Assembly (NCBI GenBank): GCA_973895155.1
Contig: OZ316895.1
Span: 11,180,758 to 11,244,757 of the forward strand
Direction of reading: 5' to 3'
Source of the DNA: Marsupella aquatica
Lineage: Eukaryota > Plantae > Marchantiophyta
DNA: 64,000 bases
Shown: positions 48,701-61,000 of the stretch, piece after piece
How the letters are laid out: the number at the start of each line of letters is the position of its first letter
How positions within the stretch are numbered: position 1 is the first letter of the stretch
Translations under genes and position numbers: made by a program
The notes under the pieces: generated by a model
What the model was told of the DNA's origin: nothing
The model's database searches: none
Seen by the model: the letters and a program-made list of their open reading frames with translations, nothing else

Positions 48701-50350
48701 ACTTAAGGCATGATGCACCTTTGGGGAAATCACTCCCAAGTCATATGACTTTGGAGTGATTTGCCAAAAGTGTGTCCATGCATGCACACCATCACATCCA
48801 AAGGCAAATAAAACTTGTTTTTTGGTTCTCCAAGAGGTGGTGCTGCACCAATGGAATGGGCAGGGGAATCGTGCTTCTCAGTATGGTGTGGGTGTGGGTT
48901 TAGGGAAGAGGAATATTCCAACCTTGCAAGGAATCTATTGTAGGCTCTCTTTGGAGGTACTAGGGCCTTTATTGGGTCATATGTGACCAATGACTTGTCA
49001 TAAATGCCAATGACCAAAAGTCAAGTCATTAAAACTGTCATATGGGAAGTCATATAAGTCAAGTGACTAGACTTGTGGTCATTTGTGTGGCCCTTCATGC
49101 AGCCATTAAACAGAAGCACAAATGACAAGTTTGGGGCTAGGGGCTGAAGGTGGGCCCTAGAGTGCCATGTGGCCCCACATAGAGCTTGCAACCCCTCCAC
49201 TATGTGCAAAATACTATATTTACTATTCTCCAACCACTAGTTGCACCATTAGCACCGTACCTCATGTGAGTTTTTGCGTTTACTTAAGGGATGATGCAAC
49301 ATTGGGGAAATCACTCCCAAGTCATACAACTTTGGAGTGATTTGCCAAAAGCACCAACATGGATCATGAATATCTTATGTTCCTAAGGCAAATGGAGCCA
49401 TTTGTTTTGTTCCTCAACGAGATAGTGCAACACCAATGGGATGGGCGTGGTAGTGGTGCTTCCCTCTATGGTGGACATGTGTGTTGGTTAAAGGAATAGG
49501 AATATTCCTATTTTACAAGAAATCTAAAGCGGCCTCTTTCTTGACGTAATAGGACCTTCATTGGGTCATTTTTTAACAAAGTCGTGTCATAATTGCCAAT
49601 GACTACAAGCAGGGTCATTGAATTGGTCATATGGGATGTCATATAAGGCAAATGACTGGACTTTGAGTCATTTGAGATGTCCCTAGTGCAGTCATTGGAG
49701 ACAAGCATGAATGACCAATTTGGGGCTAAGGGTTGGAGGCGGGCCCTAGAGTGCCATGTGGCCCCACATAGAGCTTGCAACCCCTCCACTAGGTGCAAAA
49801 TACTATATTTACCATTCTCCAACCACTAGTTGCACCATTAGCACTTTGGAGCTGTGTTTTTGCGTTTACTTTAGGCACGATGTAACTTTGGGGAAATCAC
49901 TCCCAAGTCATACAACTTTGGAGTGATTTGCCAAAAGTGTCACGTACCCCGCATGCATACCGTCCTATCCAAACGGCAAACAAAAATTGTTTTTGTCTCT
50001 CCAAGAGATATATAATGCAATACTAGTGGAAGACTATGTCCTTCTATATAACTATGTCATGTTTGTGCCGATATTTGGATTTGGATATATTCTATTAAAT
50101 TCCAAATGAATTGTAAGGGGGCATTCCGAGAGGTAATCTACTCTTCATTGGGTCATTTTCACATAATGGTGTGTCATTAATGCCAATGACTACATATAGT
50201 GTCATTTTTATAGTCATATTTGTGGTCATTAGACAGGTCCCTCATGGTGTGTCATTAATGAAAACACCTCAAATTAGGGTCATTTTGGTTGTCATACTAC
50301 AAGTAAGAAGTTCCAAATGATTGGAAATGTGGTCCTTACAAAGGCTATTG
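45736..50350. repeat. Tandem array of ~578-bp units (about 8 copies, decaying rightwards)
   Basis: Anchor ATAGAG..AACCCCTCCACTA recurs near 45741, 46321, 46899, 47477, 48051, 48601, 49179 and 49768. Confidence 0.95.
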
Positions 50351-51129
50351 GGGGGGGTTCTCTTTGGAGGTACAAGGGAGTTCATTGGGTCATTTGTGAA
50401 TTAAATAGTGCTTCAATATGAATGACTAAAAGTGGGGTCACTCACGCTGTCATCTTGGAAGCCATTAATGTTGGCATATTGGAGGTCATATAGTCTGGTG
50501 AGACTAATAAGGTAGTCCAAAATTGTGTTCATGCATATGGTCCTTTTTGCAGACATAACCTATCACCCAAAAAACATGGCCGGTACATAGTTAATTACAC
50601 TAATGTAATCCACAACACCCTCACCTCCCATTAAGGAGGTTTAAATGAGGGGCGGGTTATGGGCACCTACACAAACAGCCATGACCTTATGGGGGTGTCG
50701 CGACATTATGAGCTATTTACCTCCAGTGCCTTCCCTAGGGCCTTATGGGGGCGTCCCGACCTTGTTATTAACCTATTTAGTTGGTATTATCTATGGGCCT
50801 TATGGGGGGTTTTGTTACATTGTTATTAACTAGTCTCAAAAAATAACCCTAATTAATGACCCACAATATCCACCATCCCCATCCAACAAAATACCTTACC
50901 TTTACGGGGTTTAGGGGTCCAGCAATTAGGTTTATCCCGCTCAAGTTTTCTCGCGTACCAACAGGAGCCCTTTTTCCTCAACAAACATCAAGAGGGCAAC
51001 GCGTTATGTGCTTATTTCTTGGCATGCCTTTGTGTGCACATTGCAAGGGCTTAGGGCTGCGCAGCTTTGTGCTCCATTCCACCAAGCGCAGGGAACGAAG
51101 GCGAGCACATTTTCCCCGAGAGCATAGGT

Positions 51130-51410
51130 GGGAGTTGCGGGAGGGGATGAGCTGCAACACTCTTCCGAGCACATTTGCCCCGGGAGCACAGATTGGAGTT
51201 GCAGGAGGGATAAGCTGCGACACTCTTCCGAGCACATTTGCCCCGGGAGCACAGATTGGAGTTGCAGGAGGGAAGGGAAGGCATTTGCGCGTTGGTCTCA
51301 CCGTTTAGACCTGCAGGAGCACAGGTTGGAGTTGCAGGAGGGGAGGAGTTTTGACACTCTTCCGAGCACATGTTTGAGTTGCGGGAGGGAAGGGAAGGCA
51401 TTCGCGCGTT
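51130..51410. repeat. ~60-bp GC-rich tandem repeats
   Basis: Repeated GGAGTTGCAGGAGGG..ACACTCTTCCGAGCACATTTGCCCCGGGAGCACAGATT, followed by GGAGCTGC microrepeats to ~51680. Confidence 0.8.
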
Positions 51411-53958
51411 GGGGACCCCGATCATTGTGGAAGGCAAAAACAGTGGAAGCTCGTGGATCGGAGGTAGTGAAAGCAACTAGTCTCACCGTTCGTGAAGGAG
51501 CTGTGGGAGCTACGGGAGGTGTTACATCGGGAGCTGCGGAGCTGTGGGAGGAGTTGCAGAGCTGCGGGAGGAGCTGCGGAGCTGCGGGAGGAGCTACGGG
51601 AGCTGCAAGAGGTTACATCAGGGAGGAGTTGCAGCAGCGCTGGTCGGTGAGGAGCTGTTGGTCGGTCAAGAGCTGCGAAGAGGTATGACCTTATTCCCAT
51701 TGGCGCCCATGTTGTGATTTGCCTGGTTGCTCTGTGCTCTCCACTTCCGGCTCCACCCCAGCCTGGGACCTGCAATGTGCTATGTTGGGACCTGTGTTGC
51801 TGTGTGCCAGAGCTCTCTGCTTATGTTTTTTCTCTATCTATCCCTCTCCATTCGCTACATGTTCTTTGAGTTTGTTGAGTTTGAATTGGTTGTCCACCTT
51901 CTCGCCCTCTGTAGCCTTTTGCATCACAAGTGCCTGCATTTCCTTCCCTGTCCCATGCTAGCTCCACTGCGACCTTCCATTAACTATCAGAGACCTAAGA
52001 AATTTAACTATCTTCGAGCTTTATTGTTTGTTTTGGCAAAATCTTCCCAAACCTGAACGGTTGCCTGCACTGCCCGCAAAAGCCTTTTGTCCTCCGAAAC
52101 CCCATGCCTCCGTAGCTGAGCGCTCCACTGATCATGCTTCTGACGAAGTATCAAGACTTGGGCTTTGAATGACTCCACCTCAGCTTTATCATTTGTTTTG
52201 GCAAAATCTTCTTGATTGTAATCAGGCAGCAGAGATCACAGACAGATCCAATTGCTAAGAAATGGTTTTTTCTCTCTCTATTTCTTAGCTTTCTCCTATT
52301 TACCACAACTAAATCAAGTGCCCGAGTTTTGACCGAGTTGTCCTCTGTCTGTCTACTGTTGATTTCTGATTGCTACTTGCGGGATTAGTCTACTATTGAG
52401 TGCAGTTTGTTTTGTCTGCTATGTTCAGCTCAGTTTGTTGTCTTGTTGTTGTCTGGCAATTATTGCCAATTATTCTGACTGCGTGAAAGGCTGTTCTATT
52501 TAGTGCTGCCTAATTGAACATAAAAATATGCTATTAAGTTGATTGAGTTTAGGCAAATCTGGATGCCATACCCTTGTGTTCAAAATTCTATATCTGGCAG
52601 TGTTTGCTGTGCTTGTTGTGTTCAAAATTCTATTGGTAGTGTCTGACCTAGAAAGATAACCTGATGTATCGCCAACCTTTTGAGTGTGCTCCCAAAGTCC
52701 CTGTAGATGCTACTCCTTCTCTGTTTTAAATGAGTAAACTCCTTTCCTCCATATTGAAATGTCATCCTGGACCTAAGCTGCGAGGAACTGCGAGGTGACT
52801 CGTGACAATCTCTGTGGTGCAAGGTGAGCTTGATCTCTTATTATTACAATGTAGTCCTTATTTTTCCATTGTATGATGTTTTCCTTAGTCTGTCTGTGTT
52901 ACTCAATCAATTGGTTTCCTTACTCTTCTTTTGACATCCCTCTGTATCATAGCCCTTTTCTTTTCTCTTTTTTTTACTGAAGAGAAGTGCAGGCATGTAT
53001 GGTGAATCCTCACTGGATTCCGGCAGCGACTCTGTAGAATTCTGTTGCCAAAAAGTTTCAGAGTTTCGTGTATGGTTTGCCAACTGTTGTGCCACCTCAT
53101 AGAATTCCTCAGTGGCTTTTGTACAAGCCTTGCTCTTCAACTATGGTAATTTACAGCTAACTGTCTAACGTTCACACAACTCCATGAATACAGCCACATG
53201 ATTTCCTTTGGTCTTCAAACTGGACGAAACTAAACTAAAATCAGCTTGGTCAATTTTAAATTCTTTGTAAGGGTCTCTGACAGCAGCCCGATAATGCCAC
53301 GACTGCACGAAGATAGAGTACGCGTACGGTGCAGCTTTTGAAAAAGTGGGTGGACCAGCAGCTTGTTGAGAGTAAAGCAACTTATGGTTCTGTAACAGAT
53401 GTGTGCAGCAGCTTAAGATGTAGAAGGCACGCAATAAAACTTGGTTTTTACAGATTTAAAAAAGGGCAGGGTGAGTGAGCATTGCATGTTGAACTTACAG
53501 GTCCGAATTATCTTGATTTGATTTTCTGCTAAAATTTGTGTCTCTTGCTTGAGTCCCAGTTTGCTGGAGTTTTGTTGCTCTCTGTGCTTTGTTGTGCACA
53601 TCGTTGTGTTTGTTTGTCCATTTTAAAACCTGAGAGCCAAATGAATGCTTTGCTGAAACTCAATTGCTATTTGTTCTGTGTTGCCCTTACAGATTTTAAA
53701 AAGGCAAGGTGAGTGAGCAATGCTGTACAGTAAGCGAAGGCATACAGGTTGCAATATTTGTGATTGCTTCCAATCATAGGCCAAGGTTAGGGCTCTGCTC
53801 AGCCCTAAATGCTTTGCCATCCATAAAGCATTGGTTTATGCTGCACCCTTGTGGTTACATGTCATATTTTATGCTGCACCCTCATTATTTTGTGTCATGC
53901 TGCACCCTGTTATTCCTTTGTGTTTCACAATCTGATGTAGGTCTGAGTGTGCAGGACC

Positions 53959-54618
53959 ATGGCTCGCAATAAGCAGAAGGCCATGAATCATTGCAGAGGT
54001 GAATCCTCTCAAGCACCTCAATTGTCCTTATATTCAGACATTGAGATTAACCAGAATAGTCCACATGTATGTGCGATTTGTGATGAGGGAGGGGATCTCA
54101 TTGTTTGTGATGGGCCTTGCCACCGACATTTCCATAAGAATGTTTCCTGTCCTTTGGGTCAGCAATGGCTATGCCCAACTATATCCCTGGCTGATGGCCA
54201 TGTTGGAGAATGGCTTTGTGTTGATTGCAAGAATGATGAACATTCTTGCTTTAAGTGCCATGTGTCTGGCAAAATTGGTGAAGAGGTAAGAAAATGTCCA
54301 GACCCTCTCTGTGCCCGGTTTTACTGTCGGTAGTGTTTGGTTCCTGGCACAGCATCATGTGGACTCCATATTTGTCTTACTTGTGGACAGGGGCCCAATG
54401 ATGGGGCTAATGGCTTTTTGGTTCAGTGCATGAGGTGTCCTAAGGCATGGCACAAGGACTGCCTGCTGTTTATCCAGCAGAGGGGATTTGCCCATGATCG
54501 AACAATTTGGGATCACTCAGCGCATGGGCAGCCCAAGAAGGGGATGTTTTACTGTCCTGACCATGACATTGACCCTACACTAGGCACTCCTGCTAGGAGC
54601 CACATATCTTGGATTTGA
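53959..54618 (+). pseudogene. Multi-PHD-finger protein (EDM2/NSD-type), one in-frame stop
   Basis: VCAICDEGGDLIVCDGPCHRHFH, WLCVDC..EHSCFKC, CGLHICLTC, LVQCMRCPKAWHKDCL, FYCPDHDIDPTLGTPARSHI. TAG at 54331-54333. Confidence 0.88.
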
Positions 54619-57600
54619 TTGAGGCTGGATGGAACACAAACTTGAGATAGAGCTTTTTGATGGTTTCACGTGGACTTAAACAATTTTCAGAGTGCTCAAA
54701 CATGTGGACTATTTATATGCAGTGTGATGAACTCCTTATGTATACACACTCTACAACAGTGCATGGCGGATTGAGGCAATTAATTTTGAGAAATCAACTT
54801 TATTATCTTTTCCAGGGTAGGATTCCGATTTTCAAGCATGTGCTTTGAGTGTGACTTTCCTCCATATTGATGTCTAAACTTCACTTGTAAATTTGTCACT
54901 GGTGTCACAAACATTACTTATTCCAGACTTGTCTGCTCACATTCCTAATAGGCAAACAAATACTGGAAATGATGAAGGCACAGAGATTTACGTTCATAGT
55001 ATCATTCTGATGACACTGTATGTGATGCTCTATTTGTATGCAAGAAGGAGAAGGTGCCTCACTACGTACATTGGATTTGAGAAACTGGGCTCTGTGGGTT
55101 TGAGCAATTGGACTGTGGTTGGCATCAGTTGTACAACTATGACGGTAGGCCCAATTTTGTATGCATGTCACACTGATTCAGTTTGAATTTCATAGTTTGA
55201 ATACAATTTCAATCAAGCTAGCATGGCACAGTTGCCACAGAATACGTTAGGTGTGGGTAGAACTCCAAAGTTGCCGCTCTTCCATCCAGCTAGAGTACAA
55301 CATCGTGATGATGCTTTGTGGGTTCGAGAACAGAAGGCCTGCCACAAGAGTGGGGACCATAAGATGTACTGCCCTTGTGTGAACTGCAAAGGGAATTATA
55401 GGACTAATCGGAATACTGCTAGACTGCACCTTATTAAACATGGTCGGTACCCTGCATGTCGAGTGTGGGTGGGAGAGGGACAGGACTCTTCTAATGAAGA
55501 GTGGGGTGCTGACTACATGTCACAACATGGCCCTGAGGCATTGAGGGTAGCAAACCTTCAGCAGGCAACCTGTGCACAACAGCCAACTGTAGATGTTGAA
55601 GAACATTTATTTGTAGATGTTCCAGAGTATCCAACTGTGGATGTTCAAGAACATCCAACTATAGATGTCGAAGAACATATCAGGGCTCTACTGGAAGAAA
55701 CGTTGTTGAGAACCAGTGAAGAATCCCCTGAGCATGAGCTAGATGATCAGGACCGTTTTGACTTGGATTTTGTACTTGGGGATGATGAGAGTGAAGGAGG
55801 TGCCCATCCTGTAAACCCCCTTCAAACCTCCAAAACTCCTGTGGAGACTGATCCTACACAGTTATCTTTAGATGCAGCAATGCAACCTTTGTTCCCAGGC
55901 AGCAAAATAGATGTTGTGTCATTCATGTTGCTTCTGCTGAACATCTGTCATGGCCATGGATTCTCAAACAAAGGAGTGAATGCATTGTTGTCTTTGATGG
56001 GGGAGCATGGTATGCCTGCAGAGCATAATCTGCCCAAGAACTTATATGCTGCAAAGCAGCTATTGAGAAAGCTTGGCTTGGATTATGAGAGAATCCCTGT
56101 CTGTGAGAAAGGTTGCATGCTCTTTAGGGGTGAAAATGCCAAGTTAGAAAACTGTTCAGTGTGTCAGCAGCCCAAGATGAAGAGAGTGGGGAATTCATTA
56201 CAGGCAAGGAAGGTGGTGCGGTATTTCCCTATAATTCCCAGGTTGAAGAGATTGTATGCCACTGCTGGTACATCTAAACTCATGACTTGGCATCATGAGA
56301 ATAGAAGCACAGACAACATGGTTCGGCACGCAGCAGATTCCAAGGCTTGGAAGCATGTGGATACAAATATTGATAAAAAATTTGCAGCTGAACCAAGGAA
56401 TGTGCGATTTGGGTTGGCACTTGATGGGGTGAATCCCTTTGGGAATAATTCCACAGCTTGGTCTACCTGGCCAATCTTGTTGTTGAATTACAATTTACCT
56501 CCTTGGCTTACCACCAAGAAGTTCTTTGTCATGCTAGCTATGCTGATTCCAGGACCTGATTTAGTAACAGAGGAACAACTGGACATAATATTGGGCCCAT
56601 TCTATGAGGAGCTGGAGCTGTTGTGGACGAAAGGAGTGCCCAGCTTTGACAAATTGCCACGCCCAGGATTGTCTCAACACTTCAACCTAAGGGCTGTGCT
56701 ATTGTGGACAATCAATGATTACCCTGCATATGGTTTAATATCTGGACAACAACACGCTGGATACAAAGGATGTGTCATCTGTGGGCCAAAATGTGTGGCA
56801 CGTGGTTCTAAGCACTTGCAGAAATTAGAGTACAATGGCCACCGTCGATGGTTAGCAGCAAGGCATCTTTTTCGTAGACCAGACAGTGCACAATACTTTG
56901 ATGGTGCAATTGAGAGCCGACCTGCACCGTGTAGAATGTCAAGCTCTGATAGAAAGAAGTGGGGAGACGAGACAACAGAATATTTGAAGAAGGGAGGAAC
57001 CAAAGTTGAGGATGAGAGCTGCCCCATAAAGGTGCATGGAGTGAAGAGGGCTACTGGTCTGTACAAGTTACCCTATTGGAACGTAAGACTCCATACTACT
57101 ACAATGAATTTCTGCAATCTCTTCATATGACTTTGAAATGTGTTTACTTCTTGTAGCCCAGATTTTGTAATTGTTGTATTCAGTGCCCTAATTTCTGAAT
57201 TGTGTGTCCACTGCAGGAACTACTCATTAACCATTGTCTAGATCCCATGCACTGTGAGAAGAATCTTGCACACAACATTGTGCACAATATCATTGGGACC
57301 AAGGACACTCCTTCTGTGCGAGAAGACCTAAAGCTCTTACAGGTGCGCCAACACCTATGGCTTGTACCCAATCCAGCTCCCAAGCGTAAGGATGACAAAT
57401 TGTTGATGCCCCCAGCCCCATATTGCCTGAGCAAGAAGGAAAGAACAAGGTTCTTGGAGGTGTTATTGACCTTGAAAGGGCCCACTGGTTTTTCAAGTTC
57501 TTTGGCAAAGTGTGTTACAAAATCCAAGAAACTCTCTGGGTTGAAATCACATGATTTCCACCAACTCATGCAACAGATTCTCCCTTTGGCAACAATGGGA

Positions 57601-58047
57601 TTACTTGATGAAGGGGTTCGCTTGGCCATAGCTGGGATGAGCAATATCTATCGCCAGATCTGTACGAAGGTGTGGGACCCTTCAATGTATGAGAATATGA
57701 TGATGGATGTTGCATTCACTCTCTGCATTGTGGAAATCCATTTTCCACCAAGCTTCTTTGATGTCATGACCCATTTAATGATTCACCTAGTGGAGGAATT
57801 AGACTTGTGTGGCCCAGTTACAGGCAGATGGATGTACCCAATAGAGAGGAACCTGAAGGTTTTGAAGGGTTATGTACGAAACAAGGCACGTCCAAAGGCT
57901 TCTATGGCTGAAGGCTATGTATTAGATGAGTCTTTGGGATTCCTTTCTGAATACATGATTGATGCTAAGGGAGAGGGAAAATGAACCTGGGAGTTGGAGG
58001 AGGATGCTGGCGTTGCAGGCATTGTCTTGGAAGGGGCTGCAAAGGAG

Positions 58048-61000
58048 TGTGGTGCGTCCCATGGCTCCCTAAACCCAAGAAACCCCCCAGCTCAAGCCGA
58101 TTCCCGCAGGTTTTGTGCTTGGCGAGGCCGTTTCCGCGGCTTAGCGGCATGGGACGCTGCTAACCTTCTACTACTACTATTAACATTTTACACACATATA
58201 CTGGACAGATCCTTCATCGGGTCATGAGATACGTAGCCGGCCTAATATAGGCCTTCCCCTGTCTTCCCCTGTCTTCCCCTCCGTCTTGTTAGGTATGTTT
58301 GGATTCCGCCGCCGGAATGATCCCCAATAGGCTTGGTTAAGCCGCTAAGACCTCTCTCAGCTCGACACATCCAACTCTCACTCCCCTGCTTACTTTCCTT
58401 CCTTCTGTTGATGTGGGCACTCTTCACACAAGTTAATGCGACACACAAATAGCAAAATGACTCATTCTGACTGAGTCATACCATGCACTTGCCATACAAA
58501 CAGTACATCTCATACACAAGTTCTGCGAACTAAGCCGTGAGGCCAACTCTATTCAGCTCTTAGGCATGAGGAAACATGAATATACACAAGGGTCACTGTA
58601 TGACTAACCGAGAGCTTCTCGTACTACTTGATCCCAGCCCGGCTGGTGCAAACTAAAAACTTGCTAAAGAAGAGGCCCTGAGCTCCCCGCTGCCCAGGTA
58701 CTTATCCTGGTAGTGGATCCGCCATTCTTTGCATCGTAAGCCTAATCTACTTAACAGTAATCTACTTGCCCGAATCTACCTATGTACAGCAAGGCAGGAG
58801 CACAAGTGTTGCTCCTACCAGTGGGACCGCAATCCCACTAAGCTAAGTGTCAGGGCCGCTCCTGGTTCTGATCCTAATCCTAAACGTGGAGATCCGCGCC
58901 CGCCCTGCCCACTCACGCCTCCTCCCTCCACGTCTGCCCTCCCTAAAAGGAACGGCGTCCTTGCACCATCACGACACCGGTGGTGGATCCTTAATGGACG
59001 CCCCCAACGCTTCCTCCTCAGCCACTGCCGTAGGTTCATTCTCTGACAGATTACCTGCCCTTGACTGAGTCAACTCTCCATCGGCCTGACTGGGTCCACC
59101 TTCGGCTTCAGCCTCGACACCGGCCTCGGCAATACCCACGGCTTCGGCCTCAGCCACTCCCTCGGCTTCGGCCTCCCCTTCCCCTAGGGTAGTTGGATCC
59201 CTAGCCGTGACCCTGTCTGGGGTCGGTGCTGGGTCTACCTCCTTGATCACCACGGCCTGTGAAGTCGTATTACTCCTTGACCCTGAAGGTTTCCGCTTCT
59301 TCTTCGTTGGTGGCTCGGCAGCTGGTCCCTTCCCCTTCCCACTTACTTCCGGCACTGGTGCAGGTGGCGCGGCTTGTCCTTCGGCAATTACCACCCCTGG
59401 TAACTGGTTTGTCCCAACGGGAGATGGACCTGCTGCAGCTAAGCATTTAAATACTGCGGCTTGTTTCTTCAGCCGCTCTGTTTGGTTGTCGGCCCGCCGC
59501 TGTAGGTTCTCCATCTTCCTCGTGATTTCCTCCAACTCCTCTTGGGTTTCATCCAGGTCCTTACGTGCCCCCTCCAGCTCGTTTTTGGCCTCCTCCTGCT
59601 CCCTGTGGGCTTCCTCCAATTCCTTCTTCAAGGTAGCCCTCTCCTCCTGGGTTGCTCTTAGCTCCTTGTCGAGCTCTGCAATGATGACAGACTCCATCTG
59701 GTTCATCTTGGCGTAAGTCTGTTCGAGCATCTCGTCCTTCTCCCTTAGGTCGGCCTTGAAGCTGGCCGTCAGGGACGCAAGCTCCTGCTACAGCGCCATA
59801 ATCCCTTGATAGGATTTCCCTAACTCGACCTCCTTCTGCTCAAGGGCTCCGCGGATTTTCTCGAGCTCCCCTTTCAACGCCCATTCCTTTCTTTGGGTCT
59901 CCGCCATGGCCCGGCTGTTGGCTGTTATGTGGGCCTCCTCTGTATTCTTCAGCTCTTGCTTCCACTTCTCCCTCTCTTTGATCGTGTCGGCCAACTCTTC
60001 TTGCGTCTGAGTCAGTTTATCCTTGATATTCTAATTATCAGCCTGGGCGGTGTCCAACTGCCCCTACATGATGTTCAGCTCATGTCGTTTAATCCGCAGT
60101 TCATCTTGGGCTTTCTTGGCCGCCCTTAGATCTTCAATCTCGGCTTCCATCCTCCTAAGCCGCCGAATGACCTCGTCCTTCTTGCTTCTCTCTAAAGCCA
60201 CCGCTTCTTCTAATTGGTGCTTCTCCAACTGCTCCCTATGGAAAAAGGGTCCTACCTCCAACTCCTCTCCAAAGATGCCGAGCGCAAGTTCCCCACACAT
60301 CTCACCATACTCCATGGCTCTATTCTTAGCGTAGGTGGAGTAAGTAGAAGTGATCGGCATCGCCCATCGTGGCCTCTGCTCCCAAGCCGTCCTGCGGATC
60401 TCTTCAATCGTGGCTAGAGGTTTGCTTCCTTTTTCGGCTAGCCGCCTGATGTCCTCCGGCCAATCTCCTCCTGGTAAATCCTTTTCCTTAGCCAGGGCGG
60501 CCTCCTCCTCCTGCTTGATTCGCTCCTGAAATTCCTGCACCGTCTGTTTTATGCCGTCGAAGCTCAGGGGAGAAACATCTGGTGGGGGAGACTCAGGGCT
60601 ACTCTGCTGGTTGGGGTCCCCTCGCACTACCCTTGGAAGTGTGGGGACAAACCGGCCACAGGTCCTTACTCCTGGAACGTGATGGTCCGACCCATAGCCG
60701 GAATTATCATGGCTGCAGTCCTCCACTGCCTCCTCTACCTCTTGGACGTCCGGCTTCTCCCTCTCCTCTTCCTCGGTAGGAGCTTCAGGCAATTCTGCCT
60801 CAGATTCGGAGCTTGAGGTTCCCACGTACATTCGAACACCTGGCTTGGATTCCGGCCTGATTCTCTCCTTGTCTCCAGCAAAGGGGTTTTCTCTTGTGAG
60901 CCGGTGTAGGCCTACCTCTGTAGTAGTGTCCTGCATTGTTGCCGTTGCCGTTGTTGTTGCCGATGCCGATTTCTTTTCTTTCTCCAGTAGTTTCAGCAGA

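Noticed and set aside
45870-49822. Repeated ~100-aa ORFs (MTLHMTVLMTLLLVIG...)
   Set aside because: By-products of the 578-bp repeat, with variable starts and frameshifts between units.
50856-52056. Overlapping ORFs in the GC-rich region
   Set aside because: Explained by 60-bp and GGAGCTGC repeats; low-complexity translations.
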